NCBI RefSeq assembly: GCF_033153115.1
Contig: NW_026889761.1
Location: 13,826,001-13,890,000, forward strand
Source of the DNA: Saccostrea echinata
Lineage: Eukaryota
Direction of reading: 5' to 3'
DNA length: 64,000 bases
Part shown: positions 11,897 through 26,000 of the stretch, piece after piece
How the letters are laid out: every line of letters starts with the position of its first letter
Position numbering within the stretch: position 1 is the stretch's first letter
Position numbers and translations under genes: made by a program
Notes under the pieces: generated by a model
What the model was told of the DNA's origin: nothing
The model's input: the letters and a program-made list of their open reading frames with translations, nothing else
Databases searched by the model: none

Positions 11897-13345
11897 ATGA
11901 AATATGAAAATAACGAACAGTATTCAATCTCGAAAGTCCAATGAAGCGATACAAATTTGGAGCAGAGCAAACACGGACCTCAAAATTTAGAGGTGGGATC
12001 AGGTGCCATGGAGGAGTGAGCATTCCCTGCCGACCGGTCACACCCGCCGTGTGCTCCTTGTCATGATCGGGAAACAAAAACTGGAAAAATCTGTAGACAG
12101 TTCAGTGTATACATAATGGCCTAACAATTAGTATGAAAAGCCTCAGTCAGCATTTGACTCAATGATAGGTTGTATTTGCTGACAAGGTCATTGTGTCGAC
12201 CGAAAAAATTCCGAAAAGATGACTTCAAACAAGACTGTTGATATCCTTGTTCCATCAACTTGTTTGTCTCGTTTTAGAGATTGTTCATACATAGAGCATG
12301 CTCTTGCGTATCGAATCAACTGAGAGACATAAACCCCATATGCAGGTGATAAGGGTATATTGCTACATAAGTAAGGGAAGTTGACGATTGAAATGTTGAA
12401 GTCATCATTTTTATCATAAAGCTTTGTTGTTAGGTTACCATTAACGTCTTTTTCTAGTATAAAATCTAAATATGAAACAGATGTGTCAGAATCTGTGGTA
12501 TCTTTTATTTCAAGCTCACTGGGATATATCGAGTCGACATATGAATGAAAGTATTAATTGATAATACGTCGTCGATATATCGAAATGTTGAGTTGAAGGC
12601 CACAGCAAGTGTTTTCTTCATCTCAGGTAAAAGTTTTTGAATAAATTCTGCTTCATATGAATACAAAAATAGGTCTGCTAATAAGGGGGTGCAATTGGTA
12701 CCTATGGGAATTCCAACAGATTGTTGGAAGACCTGATCTCCAAAACTACATAGATATTGTCAATCAGAAACTCAAGCATCTTTTTAATATCAACTTCAGA
12801 GTACTTGTGTGTACAATCAGAGTGCTTTTTAACAAAATGATTTTTGTAAATGACCAATGACAAGGTAAGTATATTTACGAGTTCCATTTTTATTGAAAAT
12901 GCAGCTGTCTATGATTTCAAAATCTGGACTTAAATTTATCGTTGGGAATGGTTGTATAAGTGTTGAAAAGTCTACGCTTTGATGCTATTGATTTTAGTAA
13001 AATTTTGTGATTTCAAATTTTCCAAAAGTTCTTTGGAGTTTTTAAGTATCTACATCTGATTTACACCACTTCTCGAATATACTGTTGAACAGTACTCCTG
13101 AAGTTTCTCCTTCATTACAGTAAATATTTTAGCGAGGAATAAAGAAGCTTGGTAGACCATTTACTGGAACTCTCTATGTGTAGTAAGGATTTTTATGAAG
13201 TCTAGGAATCCAGTAAAGGTATGGTAATTCAAATTCATTTTGATTGTTTGGAATATTAAAATTATCTAAAAAGGACATATGATTTTGAATTTCCTCCTTA
13301 GAAAAGCTAGTGTTGAAATATCATAAATTTACCCGCTACAGCTGT
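11897..13345 (-). mobile_element. Degenerate Penelope-like (Naiad-type) retroelement: longest RT relic in the window, with 3' end
   Basis: Minus-strand remnants include LPYLYWIPRLHKNP, FVKKHSDCTHKYSEVDIKKMLEFLIDNIYV, QQSVGIPIGTNCTPLLADLFL, FRYIDDVL, IYPSELEIKDTTDSDTSVSYLD and YDKNDDFNISIVNFPYLCSNIPLSPAYGVYVSQLIRYARAC. The 3' motif is at ~11990-12060. Confidence 0.85.
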
Positions 13346-13729
13346 GCTATTTTTAATTTCAAAGAAAAGTTGATGTAATGTAAACGTGCGAAAACGTAGC
13401 ATGCTCCGTGAAGTATGCTTTAGCAAAATAAAAAAGCTGTATATTTTTTTAGGATCATCGAAAAAACACAAATTTTTTGCATATCTATGTGAAAATACGC
13501 ATAGTTTTTATTTGCAGAGTTTTACTAGATTCACGCAAATAGCGCGCTCACAATAGGACCTGTCCGCGAACTTTTCTAACAACTCTCTTACATGTATATG
13601 TCCTGTCCGCTGCCGTTTCTCGTCGTCTGTTTTGTATACATGTATACATTTTCTGTGTAAAATAAGCACCAGGTACATGTAGCTCTTCATCTAAAAGAGT
13701 GATAATGTGCAGTCAGCTCAGTAATGTAA

Positions 13730-14095
13730 AGGTTGAAGATAATGAACATTGATTAATCATGAACAGGACAATAACACGGAACCCTGGAAACACCAGGGGG
13801 TGGGATTAGGTGCCTAGGAGGAGTAAGCATCTCCTGTCGACCGGTCACACCTGTGTGAGCTCTATGTATTGATCTTGTAGAGGACGTAATCCGTAGTCAG
13901 ATTTGGTATTAAAAAAATAACCTAACAATTGGAATGAAACATGTCAGACAAAATATACGACCCAACAATAGGTTGTATTTGCAAACAGGGTCATTATAAA
14001 GACCATAGAATTTGCGAAATGCTGACTCTATTCGAAGTTGTTGAAATCTCTGTAACATTAACTTACTTGTCAGTAACCTTCCTCGGTTGACCAAA
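13730..14095 (-). mobile_element. 3' fragment of a related Penelope-like subfamily
   Basis: RT C-terminus NRGRLLTSKLMLQRFQQLRIESAFRKFYG plus the 3' motif variant GGTGTGACCGGTCGACAGGAGATGCTTACTCCTCCTAGGCACCTAATCCCACC. Confidence 0.75.
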
Positions 14096-17029
14096 AATTT
14101 TTTCTATATTTTAAAGAATGAAAAAAAAACAACTTAAGATAACCTTAAATATTCAATTTGCATTTGTTCTTTCAGAGCAAGAATGGTTCTGCAACGGATT
14201 GTTAAAAACACTTAAACATCAACGTTGGCATAAATTTTATTTCACATTGCCTAGCAATTATATTTCTTAGATATAGAGAAAACTAAACCTTCTTTTATGT
14301 TATTCGTTATTTTATAAATAATATTTTCATCACTTTATATTGTTATTTACTCGTCATAATATCTTGAAACATGAAGAGTAAAATGCAATTTAATTTTCCA
14401 TAAATACTCTATTGTACTTTTTTTATCAATCCAAAATCAGTCAGTGACACAATGATCACTTCTAAGATTCAACCATTGTTGCAAGCCCGTGTTTTTGTGT
14501 CAATTATATTTTCACAAAAAGCAACGATTGTTTTGACCTGAAATGAATAATTCAATGCTCAGTATCAGTTATTTCTAACGTTTACAGTCATGTATATTTA
14601 GAAATTGAAAACCCGGTTTAACTTTCTGTAAATGTGTCTGAAATGGATATTGAAATGAGCGTATGTTATCCTGAAATAAGCACTATGATAGGGCATTACT
14701 AATTTGATTTCTGAGATAGGTTCCTATATAGTTTCTCAAATCATTATAAAGCTATTATAATACGGGCAACACGAATGTGGAGAACAAGTTTAGTGTCTGA
14801 AATTGCCAGAGGAATTTCCCTATCTTGGAGAATGTTCTGCTTGGTTTTCTGACATAATATGGTGTTCGTCTTCATAATGAACTTATTTTTTAATTTTGAT
14901 ATCAAAATTGTTTTAAAGTAGGACTATATAACAGCATAAAGCTGGGACAATTTACAAAACTGTTCAAAAACAGTCTTCTTCGTGGACTAACGTATCAGAA
15001 AGGTTCTATATCCTTCACAGATGTGACATTGCCTGTATTAACTGATTATATTTTATGAAATATACATGTATACATTTTTTGTGGAAAATCGTGAAATAGA
15101 GGGGGGAGATCCTGAACAAAATTCAATGTCTCATTTATCAAGTAGTTACATAATTAAAAAAAAAACAAGTTTAGAACTTTAAGCTTACAATTTTTTTTAA
15201 AGATATTAAAGAATTTTTTTATTGAAATAGACAAAAAAAAAAAATTTTGTCACTCATTTTATATTGGACTTTGTAGATTTTTGAAGAGAAGAGACACTTG
15301 CATCCTTATTTCACATAGAGTATAGAGAGACAGATACACAGAAAGGCACAGCGGACATTAGTACATGCAGAATAAAATCCTTAAAACGCAGTTTGTAATA
15401 TCCAATGAGATTCTTAATGCACAATATAACGTAACAATCAAAACAACTAGATTGTTCCGTTACCTTGTCTAAGTTTCTATAGTACAAAATTTGAATTAAT
15501 GGGTGTCAACTGTGACGACAACATATGTTTGCCCCAGATAGGATTTCAGTGTCTTGGTGTGTTTTTGTAAAATATTCAGATAATTCAGAAACCGCACCAA
15601 ATTCTTTTCCTCTGACCTGAAATGTACCTTTTAAGTTTTGTTTCACTAACAATGAATCGAATTCCTGTAGGCCGGATGTTAAAAGAATTAACAAATCATA
15701 TTAACTTGGGGGAAAAAAAAAACATATTCTGACGTCAATTTGCTTTGCTAATTAGAAAATTAAAACCATATCCGAGGTCGAATGCACTAATCATATGTGT
15801 TCCAGACAACTTATGTCCAAGCCTTATATGAACTTTATAAGTGTGACACTGCTTTATTTCTTCAAACAAGGCTCAGCTGCATGACTTTCTTTGCGGCTAA
15901 TTAAAACAATTCACCTAGTATCAGCCTCTCTTTATCAAAACTGTACACATTGGTAGCTTTGACTTGACAAGGTGTATTGCAAAAGCGATTTAGAAACAAT
16001 TTGAAGTAGTTAATTAAGCTCTTTCTTAAGTTAAATATAGTTTGAGTGCGGTAATTTTTTTTTCACAAGAACGCATTTTTTCTACTTAACGAAATAAGTA
16101 GGATGTTTGCAGCCGTCTGCAGAAACTGAATCCATGTCACGATGAGACGGCTTATAGTTTATAAAAACTGAATGATTATAAGAGAAATAATCCGCTCCTC
16201 AGCCAGGAACCATAACTCTTATAATTATTATGACTTTATTTAATTAAAAATGTCTCAAAATGAAGTTTGAAATTGAAATATTTTCGTACAACAATCATCA
16301 TTTAATACGTGTATATCTCAATTTGATTTATGGTTCATTGAAGTCTTTGAAACGTTCTTGTAAAAAGTTGATATTTGTACCCCATAAAGGTACAAAAATA
16401 AATACATTTTAAGATCTAGAGAAATCGAATCTACTTTAATCTAGCTTTAGATACCAGTGCTTATTAGCATGGTATGAAACTAGAAGTGATCTGTGATGTC
16501 TTGCAATGATAGCACAAACTTTTTACACGATATATTGTAATTGAATTAAATGTAGCAAAATTATCGTATAAGTATTTAAAAAATCATGTAAATTTCTCCG
16601 AATGCCTGGCCTGAATACTTAAAATTTTCTACCCTTTTATAAATGTGTTGATCAACTTTCTATTAGACTGAAGATGCATACCTGGTGCTTTTATTCGCGT
16701 TTCCTGAAAATATATTTGAGATTTTATAATTTTCCCCATATAATATGATTGACTGTAATGATGTACATTGAAGGAATGCGATGGGTAAATACACTCTGTG
16801 AATTCGGATATATATGTGTGAGCATTTTTAATTATTTAACTGTTGATTTTCAGAATGTGAGGATCAAACTACCTTGAAATATTACTTTCACCTCCTTTTC
16901 TTAATCATTTTTTAGGGGTTCGTGGTCATACATATAAGTCAGGATATGTCATTTAATATTATTTTTAAATGAAACTTTAACTAGTAGATAAACTTGACTT
17001 TAATTTCACATCTGGCAATCCTACTTATC

Positions 17030-18505
17030 CTCATAGTTTCCTTTCAAAGGATGAAATTCTTCAAATTCAAGTTTCAGTTTTAAATACTTTTAACATTCTT
17101 GTCAATGGAAGGGAGTTTGATTTACCGATACTGGATTCTAAAGCTTCACAAAAAATACAAAGATACATTTCAGGATACAGTAAATGAGCTACGAAGCAGC
17201 CTCCTCTTCCCAAAAATATTAAGTTCTTTGAAGGAAAACCTTCAGACAAACTGTGCTACAACATATTCAAGAAGTGTTATAAATCAAATATGGATTTCAA
17301 AAATTCCTAAAAACTTTTTGGAAAATTTAAAATCTCAAAACTTTTCAAAATAAGTAGCATATCTTTCCATGACTATGACTTTCCAACCCTTTATAATACA
17401 ACCATTCTTTGCAATCAGTTGATTACATTTTTTTTTAATGAAAGAAAAATTGTTCTCCAATAAGAATGTCAGTCGGAAATGATTGGTTATCTGCGAAGTT
17501 ACTTTGTTAAAAATCAGTCTGTTTTTGGAAGTTTTTGGAGACCGAGTCTTCCAACAATCTGTTGGAGTTGCCATGGGTGCTATTTGTGCTCCTTTGCTAG
17601 AAGGCCTGTGTTTTTTATGAAGCAAAATTTATTCAAAAACATTTTTAAATGAAAAGAAGAAAACTCTTGCTGTGGTCTTTTTAATTTCACTAAAGCCCCT
17701 GACATGTAGTATGTTAGTACAATGTTTTATCATTTTTGCATGACACTTTACTGCTTTCAGGTAGTTCAAATACATGTATAAAAACCAAGTTAAAATGGTT
17801 ATAAATAATGATGTTGTAACAGGATTGAGACCATGTTCCTTACACCAACTGTTCATATGTTGATTTGATAGATCTCCGTTAGCCAAATAAAAGACACCTC
17901 AGATTCTGCCACATGTTTCATTTTTGTATATTTTACTGACTATAGACATAAATGGCTAGCTACACTGTTACAATTAAACTCTATGACAAACGTGATACAG
18001 CTGCACTGTAACAACTTATCTCTATGACAATAGTGATGGCTTGAACTTTTCCATTGTCACTTTTCCATATTTATGCTGCAATACATACCTGCAAATGGTG
18101 CTATTCTCTCAACTAATTTGGTATGCAAGAGCATGTTCTAAAGATCAATTTTAACAGATACAGGCCACTGACAAATAAGTTGATATTACAATGTTTTCAA
18201 AAATCTCATTTAATCAGCACCTTGCAAATTCTATGGTTGGTATAATGACCTAAGTTACAAATACAACCTATCATTGGATCATGCTTTGTTTGAAAAAGTT
18301 TTGTAACAACTGTTAGGTCATTGTTTCTACGCTAATTTTGAATACAGATTACTCCGTTTAGCTGATCAACTCAGATGGATGGGACAGGTTGACGAGGGAT
18401 GCTTTCTCCTCCTAGGCATGTGATTCCAGGGATGCATGATTGTTCACGATTTGTATTGTTTACAGGATTTATGAGATTGATCACTTTTATTTACTTTACC
18501 TTTTC
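17030..18505 (+). mobile_element. Degenerate Penelope-like RT relic
   Basis: Remnants include YWILKLHK, RSVINQIWI, QQSVGVAMGAICAPLL, KLYDKRD and LIWYARAC, with the 3' motif at ~18385-18430. Confidence 0.75.
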
Positions 18506-20058
18506 CATTATTCAAATGACTGAAGTGACTTAAGATAAAAACAAAGTACAAGTATTTCTGAGACCCGGAAAAATTTATTGGTGATAGACACTTCTTTTAT
18601 TCTTATTCACAAATATTGCAAAATTAGATAACAGACTCTTAACAAAGATGAAATTTCAATCAAGGAATTAACAAAAAATATATATATATAACAACAAGAA
18701 ATAAATATCTGTAAATATATGTATATTCAAAAAAATATAGTAAGTTTTTTTATGTTCTAAATTGCTCTCACTCAATACACTCTTCATTGGAAAGGATGGT
18801 AGAAATTTGTTCTCTTGATTTTTTAAATACCAGTAACAATTTCTTTACACAAAAATCTTTTATAAAAGTAAAGGATTTCAGAGGGTATAAGCAAATAAAA
18901 AGGGATTTCAGGAAATATAAGTAACAATATCATCAACAAATTTGGATTTCAATAATGTAAATTACATTTTTACAAAATTGAAAAAAATTAAAATGAATAA
19001 AAAAAATGGATTTCAGAGGGTGGGATGTACAAAATAACAGGATTTCAAAAAATATTTTAACAAAGTAATCAAAAAATTTGGACTTCAGTATGTAAATTGT
19101 ATTTATATAAAAATAAATACTTCAAAATAAATGGATATCAGATTGATTCAAGTACAATATAACAGGATTTCAAGAAATAAAACTACCAAACTGTATTATC
19201 AACAAATGTCGTTTTTTAATACATAAATTTTAATTCTGCAAAAAATAAAAATTTGAAAAATAATTTACCAAAAAAATTTTTAAGAGGAAGCAAGTTGACA
19301 TAAATTTTTCTGTAGACTTCAAAAGCAAAAACAATTCATGAGTGAATTTGTGAAGAAAAAAAATCCATCAACACTTATAGTACCCAGTCTTTAAAATGCA
19401 ATTTCTTTCCTTACAAGTGATTGTATATTAAAACAAAGGATATTGTGAAATAATGAATTAAATTGTACAGTTATAACAGAATAAATCTTTGGCTTCATAA
19501 GAGAAGTCTATAATTGAGATTCAAAATTCCTCATACAAATAATTAGTATAAGAACTTACAGGAAATGAACAGAGATGGGCCTCGAGAATAACTTGTTCAG
19601 TAAAGCTGCGTAGAATTGAGTGTTTTGTCAAGCAGAAAACCAGTTCCCATGTCAGAGTATATTCTCAGAAATTAGTATTGCTTTTTCAAAAATGTACCCC
19701 ATCAATAAGAGCTAAATATAGCCTTCAACAACGAGAGTAGAAGAGGTCAGTCAGGACAAATATTTCAAATAATTTTTACAATAAACTAATTTTCCTTATA
19801 ATTGCATTTGCTTACTTCTCTAACATGTCAGCTATCTTGTTTTTCTTTTGCTTACCCTATTTGCTTTCTCAACCCCTTAATAATTAATGATACAGATTTT
19901 TGAATTAGATTGGTTCTCTTAGATCTGGATTTTTAATTGAAAATAAAATCTAAACTCCTGAAAAAAAAATTAATTTATTAGACCACCTTTTCTTTTTGTA
20001 TGGATTAAAACTGACATGGACCACTCCTACTCAGGGCTAGTTCAAAAGACTTTCCTTG

Positions 20059-23000
20059 TTACCCATTATTTTTAAGAATTCGGTCAATTTCATCCAATAA
20101 TTCCTGAGTTTTGTCCCTCCCATGTTTTTCCTCCCTGTAGTGATCATCGTCTCCCTCACCTCTATCTTCCAACATGTCTTCCAGATCTTCCAGAACCTTC
20201 TTATAAAGCTCACTCTTTCTCTCTTTCTGATTCTCAAACTCTCTGTCTTCCAGTTGATCATCAAGCTTCTGTTCCCCAAAATCATTTCCAAAAGCCCTCT
20301 CTTTCTCAACATTGACATTCTGTTCTGGGTATGACTTTTTCTTTTTGTCTCCAGTGTTTCTTTTGAGCTTTAAGTTCCGTGATTTCAGTAATTCGGACTT
20401 CTCGATCTCCTCTACTGTTGCCAGGGGCAGCTTGTGAGATTGTTGGTTACCTGTACTACGAGTTGCTGGTCTCTCTGTGGTTCCATAATAGATGACTTGG
20501 AATCTGAAAATTAAATATTGGGTTCCTGTAAGTATTTTTCTCTCATTTCCTGTCATTTACAGAAGTAAATAAAACCCATTCAAAGCTACCCTCCAAAGAC
20601 CACTAGAAATACATTTATATATTTTTTTTTTTACTTGCATCCATAATTTGTTTTAAGCAGCATACATTTTATTTCCTTGTTCTACTTTGAGACAATCATT
20701 TGAGTCCATAATAAGCTACTTTTCTGATCTGATATTTTTTTTACTGTATTTTTTTTTATTTTTGGTACAAGTACTAAAGTATTTTATAAAATGTTTAACA
20801 ATCAAATACATACAGATTTCTTTATAAAACTGTTATTTTATTTTGTAGTTCTTTACTTCATTGAATTTCTATCATATGTATCAGTTTCCCAAATATCCAT
20901 TCAACATACTTCTCAAGTTTTCCTGTATTTTCAGAGGTTGATTTCCGATTATCACACACTTTAACCTCCCAGTTTCCTGATGGGTTCTCCCCCCAGTTGT
21001 GAACCGTCATAAAGGTAAAGTCAATGCCAGCCTTTGATTCATCGTTCATCCTGGTGGATAGCATTTCTGACTCAGTTTTGCTTGGGGAGGTCAAGTAAAT
21101 TTGGACATCACCACGGCGAGTGTGCTGTAATTTGATGTACAGCTGGACGTGCTCCAGTTGAATTAAGGGAGATCCCTCAGGGACGTACTGTACTGTCCTA
21201 CTTACACAGTCTCTGGTGGGAATCGGCCTACACAGAAAAAAATATAATTCAGTTGTAAATAGCAAGAAATATTTATTGAAATTTTTTGTTTCATGAGGCT
21301 GAATGAAGCAAGTGTTAATTGTATCATAATATATTTTAAGGACTTCATCAATAACTATTAATTTTTGTATGGATTCATATGCTAATAGAGTAGCTGGGAA
21401 TTCACCTCTTAATATTTTTAAAATTAGATTAAAATAATAAATAAAACAATGACAAATAAGATACCCACCTATTAATCTCATACACCTGTGACTTTTGGAT
21501 CTTGAGTTCGGGAACAGTCTGCCAATTTAAGGCAGCATTCACCATGGCCCCACAGTCCATAACACCAAACCCAAATGAGTGGCTAACATGTTTCCCTGCC
21601 CCATTGATAATCCAAGAGTGGTCCACAGATGGGATTTTGGAAGTTTCCACAACAATGTGCTGCATATCTCTCCATGTTAAATCAGGGCTGTGAAACAAAC
21701 ATATGATTTAAGATATGTGGGTTGATGTACCATTACTTTATTGTTTAACAGAAAATAAGAAAGAGCATTATCAAAAAGTAACTTAAAATTTGTTCACTCA
21801 TTAAAATATCTGAATACCATTTATCAAAAAACCTAACCTTAGATCAAATTTATACATCATCTATCCCTAAAGCTTTTTCATTTTAAAAATAGTGTATCGA
21901 TAATGAGTTGGTTTTTATGTTAAGAAATTTTCTCAGACTAGAGATTCTTACTTTGCCTCTAGGGCCAGGGCCGTACAAGCAGCAGCCAGGGGAGCTGCAG
22001 CAGATGTCCCCTCAAATCCTAGGATACAGCCCCCATTTATGTCTGTGGTCACCTACAATGGTAATTAATCACTTAGAATTAATTCACATCTCTATTAGGT
22101 AGAAATTTTAAATATTTTTAACAGCCTCTAAATAATAGAAACTGTTTGGGGGTTTGTTTGTTTGTGGTGGGTCTGTTTTCCACAAAAGAGGTGAAAAGAT
22201 TCTTGGGAGTTATCTTTCTTTGAAGTGTTTCCTGGTGTATTTGTCTTGTTTGTGGAAAGCAAATAAGTAAAATATTATAGCTCACGTGGATTTTTATCTG
22301 TTATCTTTGCAGAGACTGAATCTTGAGATCAACAAAATATGTAACATCTTTTGTTTATATGTCCTGAACATATACCAATAGATACACTTCTAATATCACA
22401 CTATCCTGTCATATCACAGCTCTGTGATATTTGTACTGACCACTTTAATTTTTGGTTTTCCATTGAATTCCCCAGCTCTGATCTCTCCCCCGCTTGGAAC
22501 CACTGTCATAGTTGATGCACACTTTTCATCAAAGTAAGGCGCCTGACCTCGATCTGTGACGCTGCCCACAGATAAAGTGTAAGGTGAGGATACGTAACCA
22601 TCACAACCACAATCATCGTCATGGACACCACCATTTCCTGTTGCCCACACATAAATAGTGCCCTTGCCATTTCGACCCTGAATTTGAGTATAAAAATAAT
22701 CACCCCATAAATGTCAATAAAATTGATGATATGTGAACGTTTTGGAAACTCATGGGAAAATATGGCTGTAATTAATATGCATTATATTTTATACAGGGTT
22801 TGGTTTAAGTTTTCATCATAAACATAAAAGCTCCAATTTGGTGCAAAACTTTCAGAAAATTCCCTAGTTAATCAAGTGATTCTTTTATTTTCAATTTTGC
22901 TGAAAAGCATTTACATGACATTTAACCAAACAATTTTAAATTCAATTTAGTTTATTGACATCACCATGTTGGCATACAGTCAAAATAAGAAATCAAATGA

Positions 23001-26000
23001 CAGATAACAGAAAAAAAGAGAAGAATATAATAACATAATTGCATGCAATTCAATTTTACACAGTTCCTTATAGACCTTGGGATTGTTTCCACTGCATAAA
23101 GCATTTAACTAAGTAGATACATAAACGTTTTGTAGTATTATAATCACATGGGTTAACAATTTCTTTAATGGGATCAGTACCACAGTATAATTTATCATCA
23201 AAAATATCACAATATTGAAATTGAAGATTGTCATACACAGGACAGTAAAGTACAAAATGTTTTTCATTTTAATGATTCCAAGGAATTTTGCACTTTAATC
23301 TGTTAAAATAACTTACCTCACGTTCACAAATGAAAGCTTATCTGACTTAAAGTGCTCAGTTAATTTGTTTATTTTTTACCTTGTTGACTCCCGCCACCAG
23401 AGCGTCCAAGGTCGCAGGGCCTGGCCCCTCTAGGGTCCGTCCATTATCCCTCGGCCCCCAGGAAGCACTCATTACATCAATAAACTGGTTTTTAAAGTTG
23501 ACTGCCTTAGCCTCTATTGTATCATAAACTGCTCCATCCAACATACGTATACCTGGAACATGCAAAGCAAATTTATAGGAAAAAACCAACTACCGGGTAT
23601 TCATTTTTTGTTCTTTCCAAAATAAGAGTCGAGTAGAGCTAGATGTTGTTAAGAAAATTTCTTTAAGAAAGTGGAAAGCTGTCAGACAGCAAACCAGGTT
23701 TTCTTTGTGTGAACAGAACTGGTGTTTCACATATCAATAGACAAATTTTCCATTTGCAAGAGTTATTTCCCTTTGTCATGAAATACCCATTTTTTCACCA
23801 TATCCTTTGTGACTTACCTGTAAAAATTTTAAATATTTAGGTGTCTTTTGAGAATTTTATAACATACCTTTATTGGCCGAAGTATGGGGCAACAAAGAAA
23901 AAAATAAACATACACATATAGATTTTACTTATCAGATACTGCCCCATAAAGTTGGTAAAGTCACAGAGAGAAAACAGCACCCTACGCCTGTTGACCCTAG
24001 ATTGATCCCACAAGGAAAATAAATCTTGTAAATGTTAATGTCCTCTATTGTAAAAATTTTCTTTTCTGAAAACTGTAGGTGACATCCAAAAAATTCAATG
24101 TATCCTATTGGGATATTTTGCACAGAAATGACTATGTTCAACAAATGGCATTTCCCCCATAAATGAACAAAAATCAAAATCCAGGTAATATGCACATCTC
24201 TGATATATGTACAATAAATCTGCAAAATAAAAAAGTTCTTATCTTGAAAACTGTAGGAGGAGTTACCCGGACAAATGAAGTACCCTTTTGGAAGCCGCCC
24301 TCCCACCATTTTCACCATTTCAATAACCAGATTTTTCCTACATAAAACTCGGTTAAAAATGACGATGATTTCCAATTCTTCATTTCAATTGAATTGTTTT
24401 AAGATTTGCTAAATCAAGGGTTCAAATTAAAATCAATGACAGCAAATAAGAGCTCTTGGCTTTGGGAAATAAATTTATCTTTCATTTTTTCAACAACACA
24501 TACAAGTAAATAATTATACTCTGAATGAAAGCTTACCTCCTACTTTGGCATTATAAGCCACACCTACACTGCAAACATTATTGTTGGCTTCTGCTGCAAT
24601 CTCTCCTGCACAGCGAGTTCCATGACTGAAAACATCAGTGATATTAATTAAATAATAAAAAAGTTTAACATAAACATGTATACAGTTGACACTGTAAGGC
24701 TATTATATCTGTAATTTGTTGCATACAATTAAAACAAGTTCAGGTACTTTGCACTTCTATGAAAATTCAATTATTTTCTTTATACCTAGGGATTCCATAT
24801 AATCAACAGTCAACTGTAACTTTGTTCATTAAAAGGTGATATCTCTTTTAAATTTGAAGAACACACATGTATTGTACACCAAACATGCTAAAACAAATGC
24901 AGCATTGACAGATATTTAAGAATTTCTCTTTTAAAGTGAAAAAAAACAAAATCAGTCAAGAGAATAATAAAATAAATAGCATAAGGATAACAAAGCATGC
25001 TTATTTCAAAACATCCAAAGCAGAACTAGACATAAATAAACAATTTAACGGGAAGCACTTAAAGATAAATAAACAATTTAATTGGGTAACATTTATAGTT
25101 TATCTAAATATATCAAATATAAATCCAGGAAATAATGCTGATAAAATCTGATGTTTGACATAAAATAATAAGAAGCATTACCGGTACTTTTATGAACAAG
25201 ATAATCTCCATGACCATGCACAACTTTACAAAACATGACCATCCATGATTCAGCATGCTTATGTACTTTTATTTTTACAGATTTAACATTAAACAATGGT
25301 GCCTTCGTGACATGTATACATTACCTCTCCTCACGCTGGCATTAAATTACAGAAATGAATTATTTACAAATCAAGCAAATGTACATGATTTTTATGACAA
25401 TTTTCTAAAGAAAATATTTTTTTTGGAATGAAATATCTCATAAATACAATTCTATCTTTGACAGTTTTACTGCCTATGATACTGGACTGACCTATTTCCT
25501 GGGACCTTGGTGTTGGGCATGGGGTCATTGTTTTTATCATCTTTGTCATTCAAGTCAGCACTTGCAAAAGGAGACTGAAAAAAATACAAGCATACTTTTT
25601 TACAGTATTAAAATACACATATCTATTTATTTTTATAACTTTGTTTTTGATCAGTTTTCTAGCTCCAGATCTTCATTAATAAATTTGTGATTCTATACAA
25701 TGCCCACAAATTCTCAAAAAATTCTCTCTCAATATATACCCAGTCTGAAAAGATTTCTCCTCTGTAATAATTAAGACTCACATAGTTTTTTTGAAGATCC
25801 GGGTGCGTGTGATCCATTCCATCGTCCAACACAGTGATCGTGACCCCTTTACCAGTGTATCCTTGGTTCCAGGCGACCTTGACATTGAGGTCAATAAATT
25901 TCTTTCCACCTGACTGCCCATAATTGTCCTGAAAGCAATTACTTTAATAAAGCAATGGAACACTTTATATATTGGTGTAATTTGTGTTAAAGATTTGTTA

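Noticed and set aside
15506-15694. Possible isolated exon on the minus strand
   Set aside because: No recognisable domain and no neighbouring exons in matching phase.
9590-18505. Hammerhead ribozyme or SECIS in the Penelope-like relics
   Set aside because: No CUGAnGA...GAAA core with flanking stems was found by eye, and the copies are 5'-truncated.
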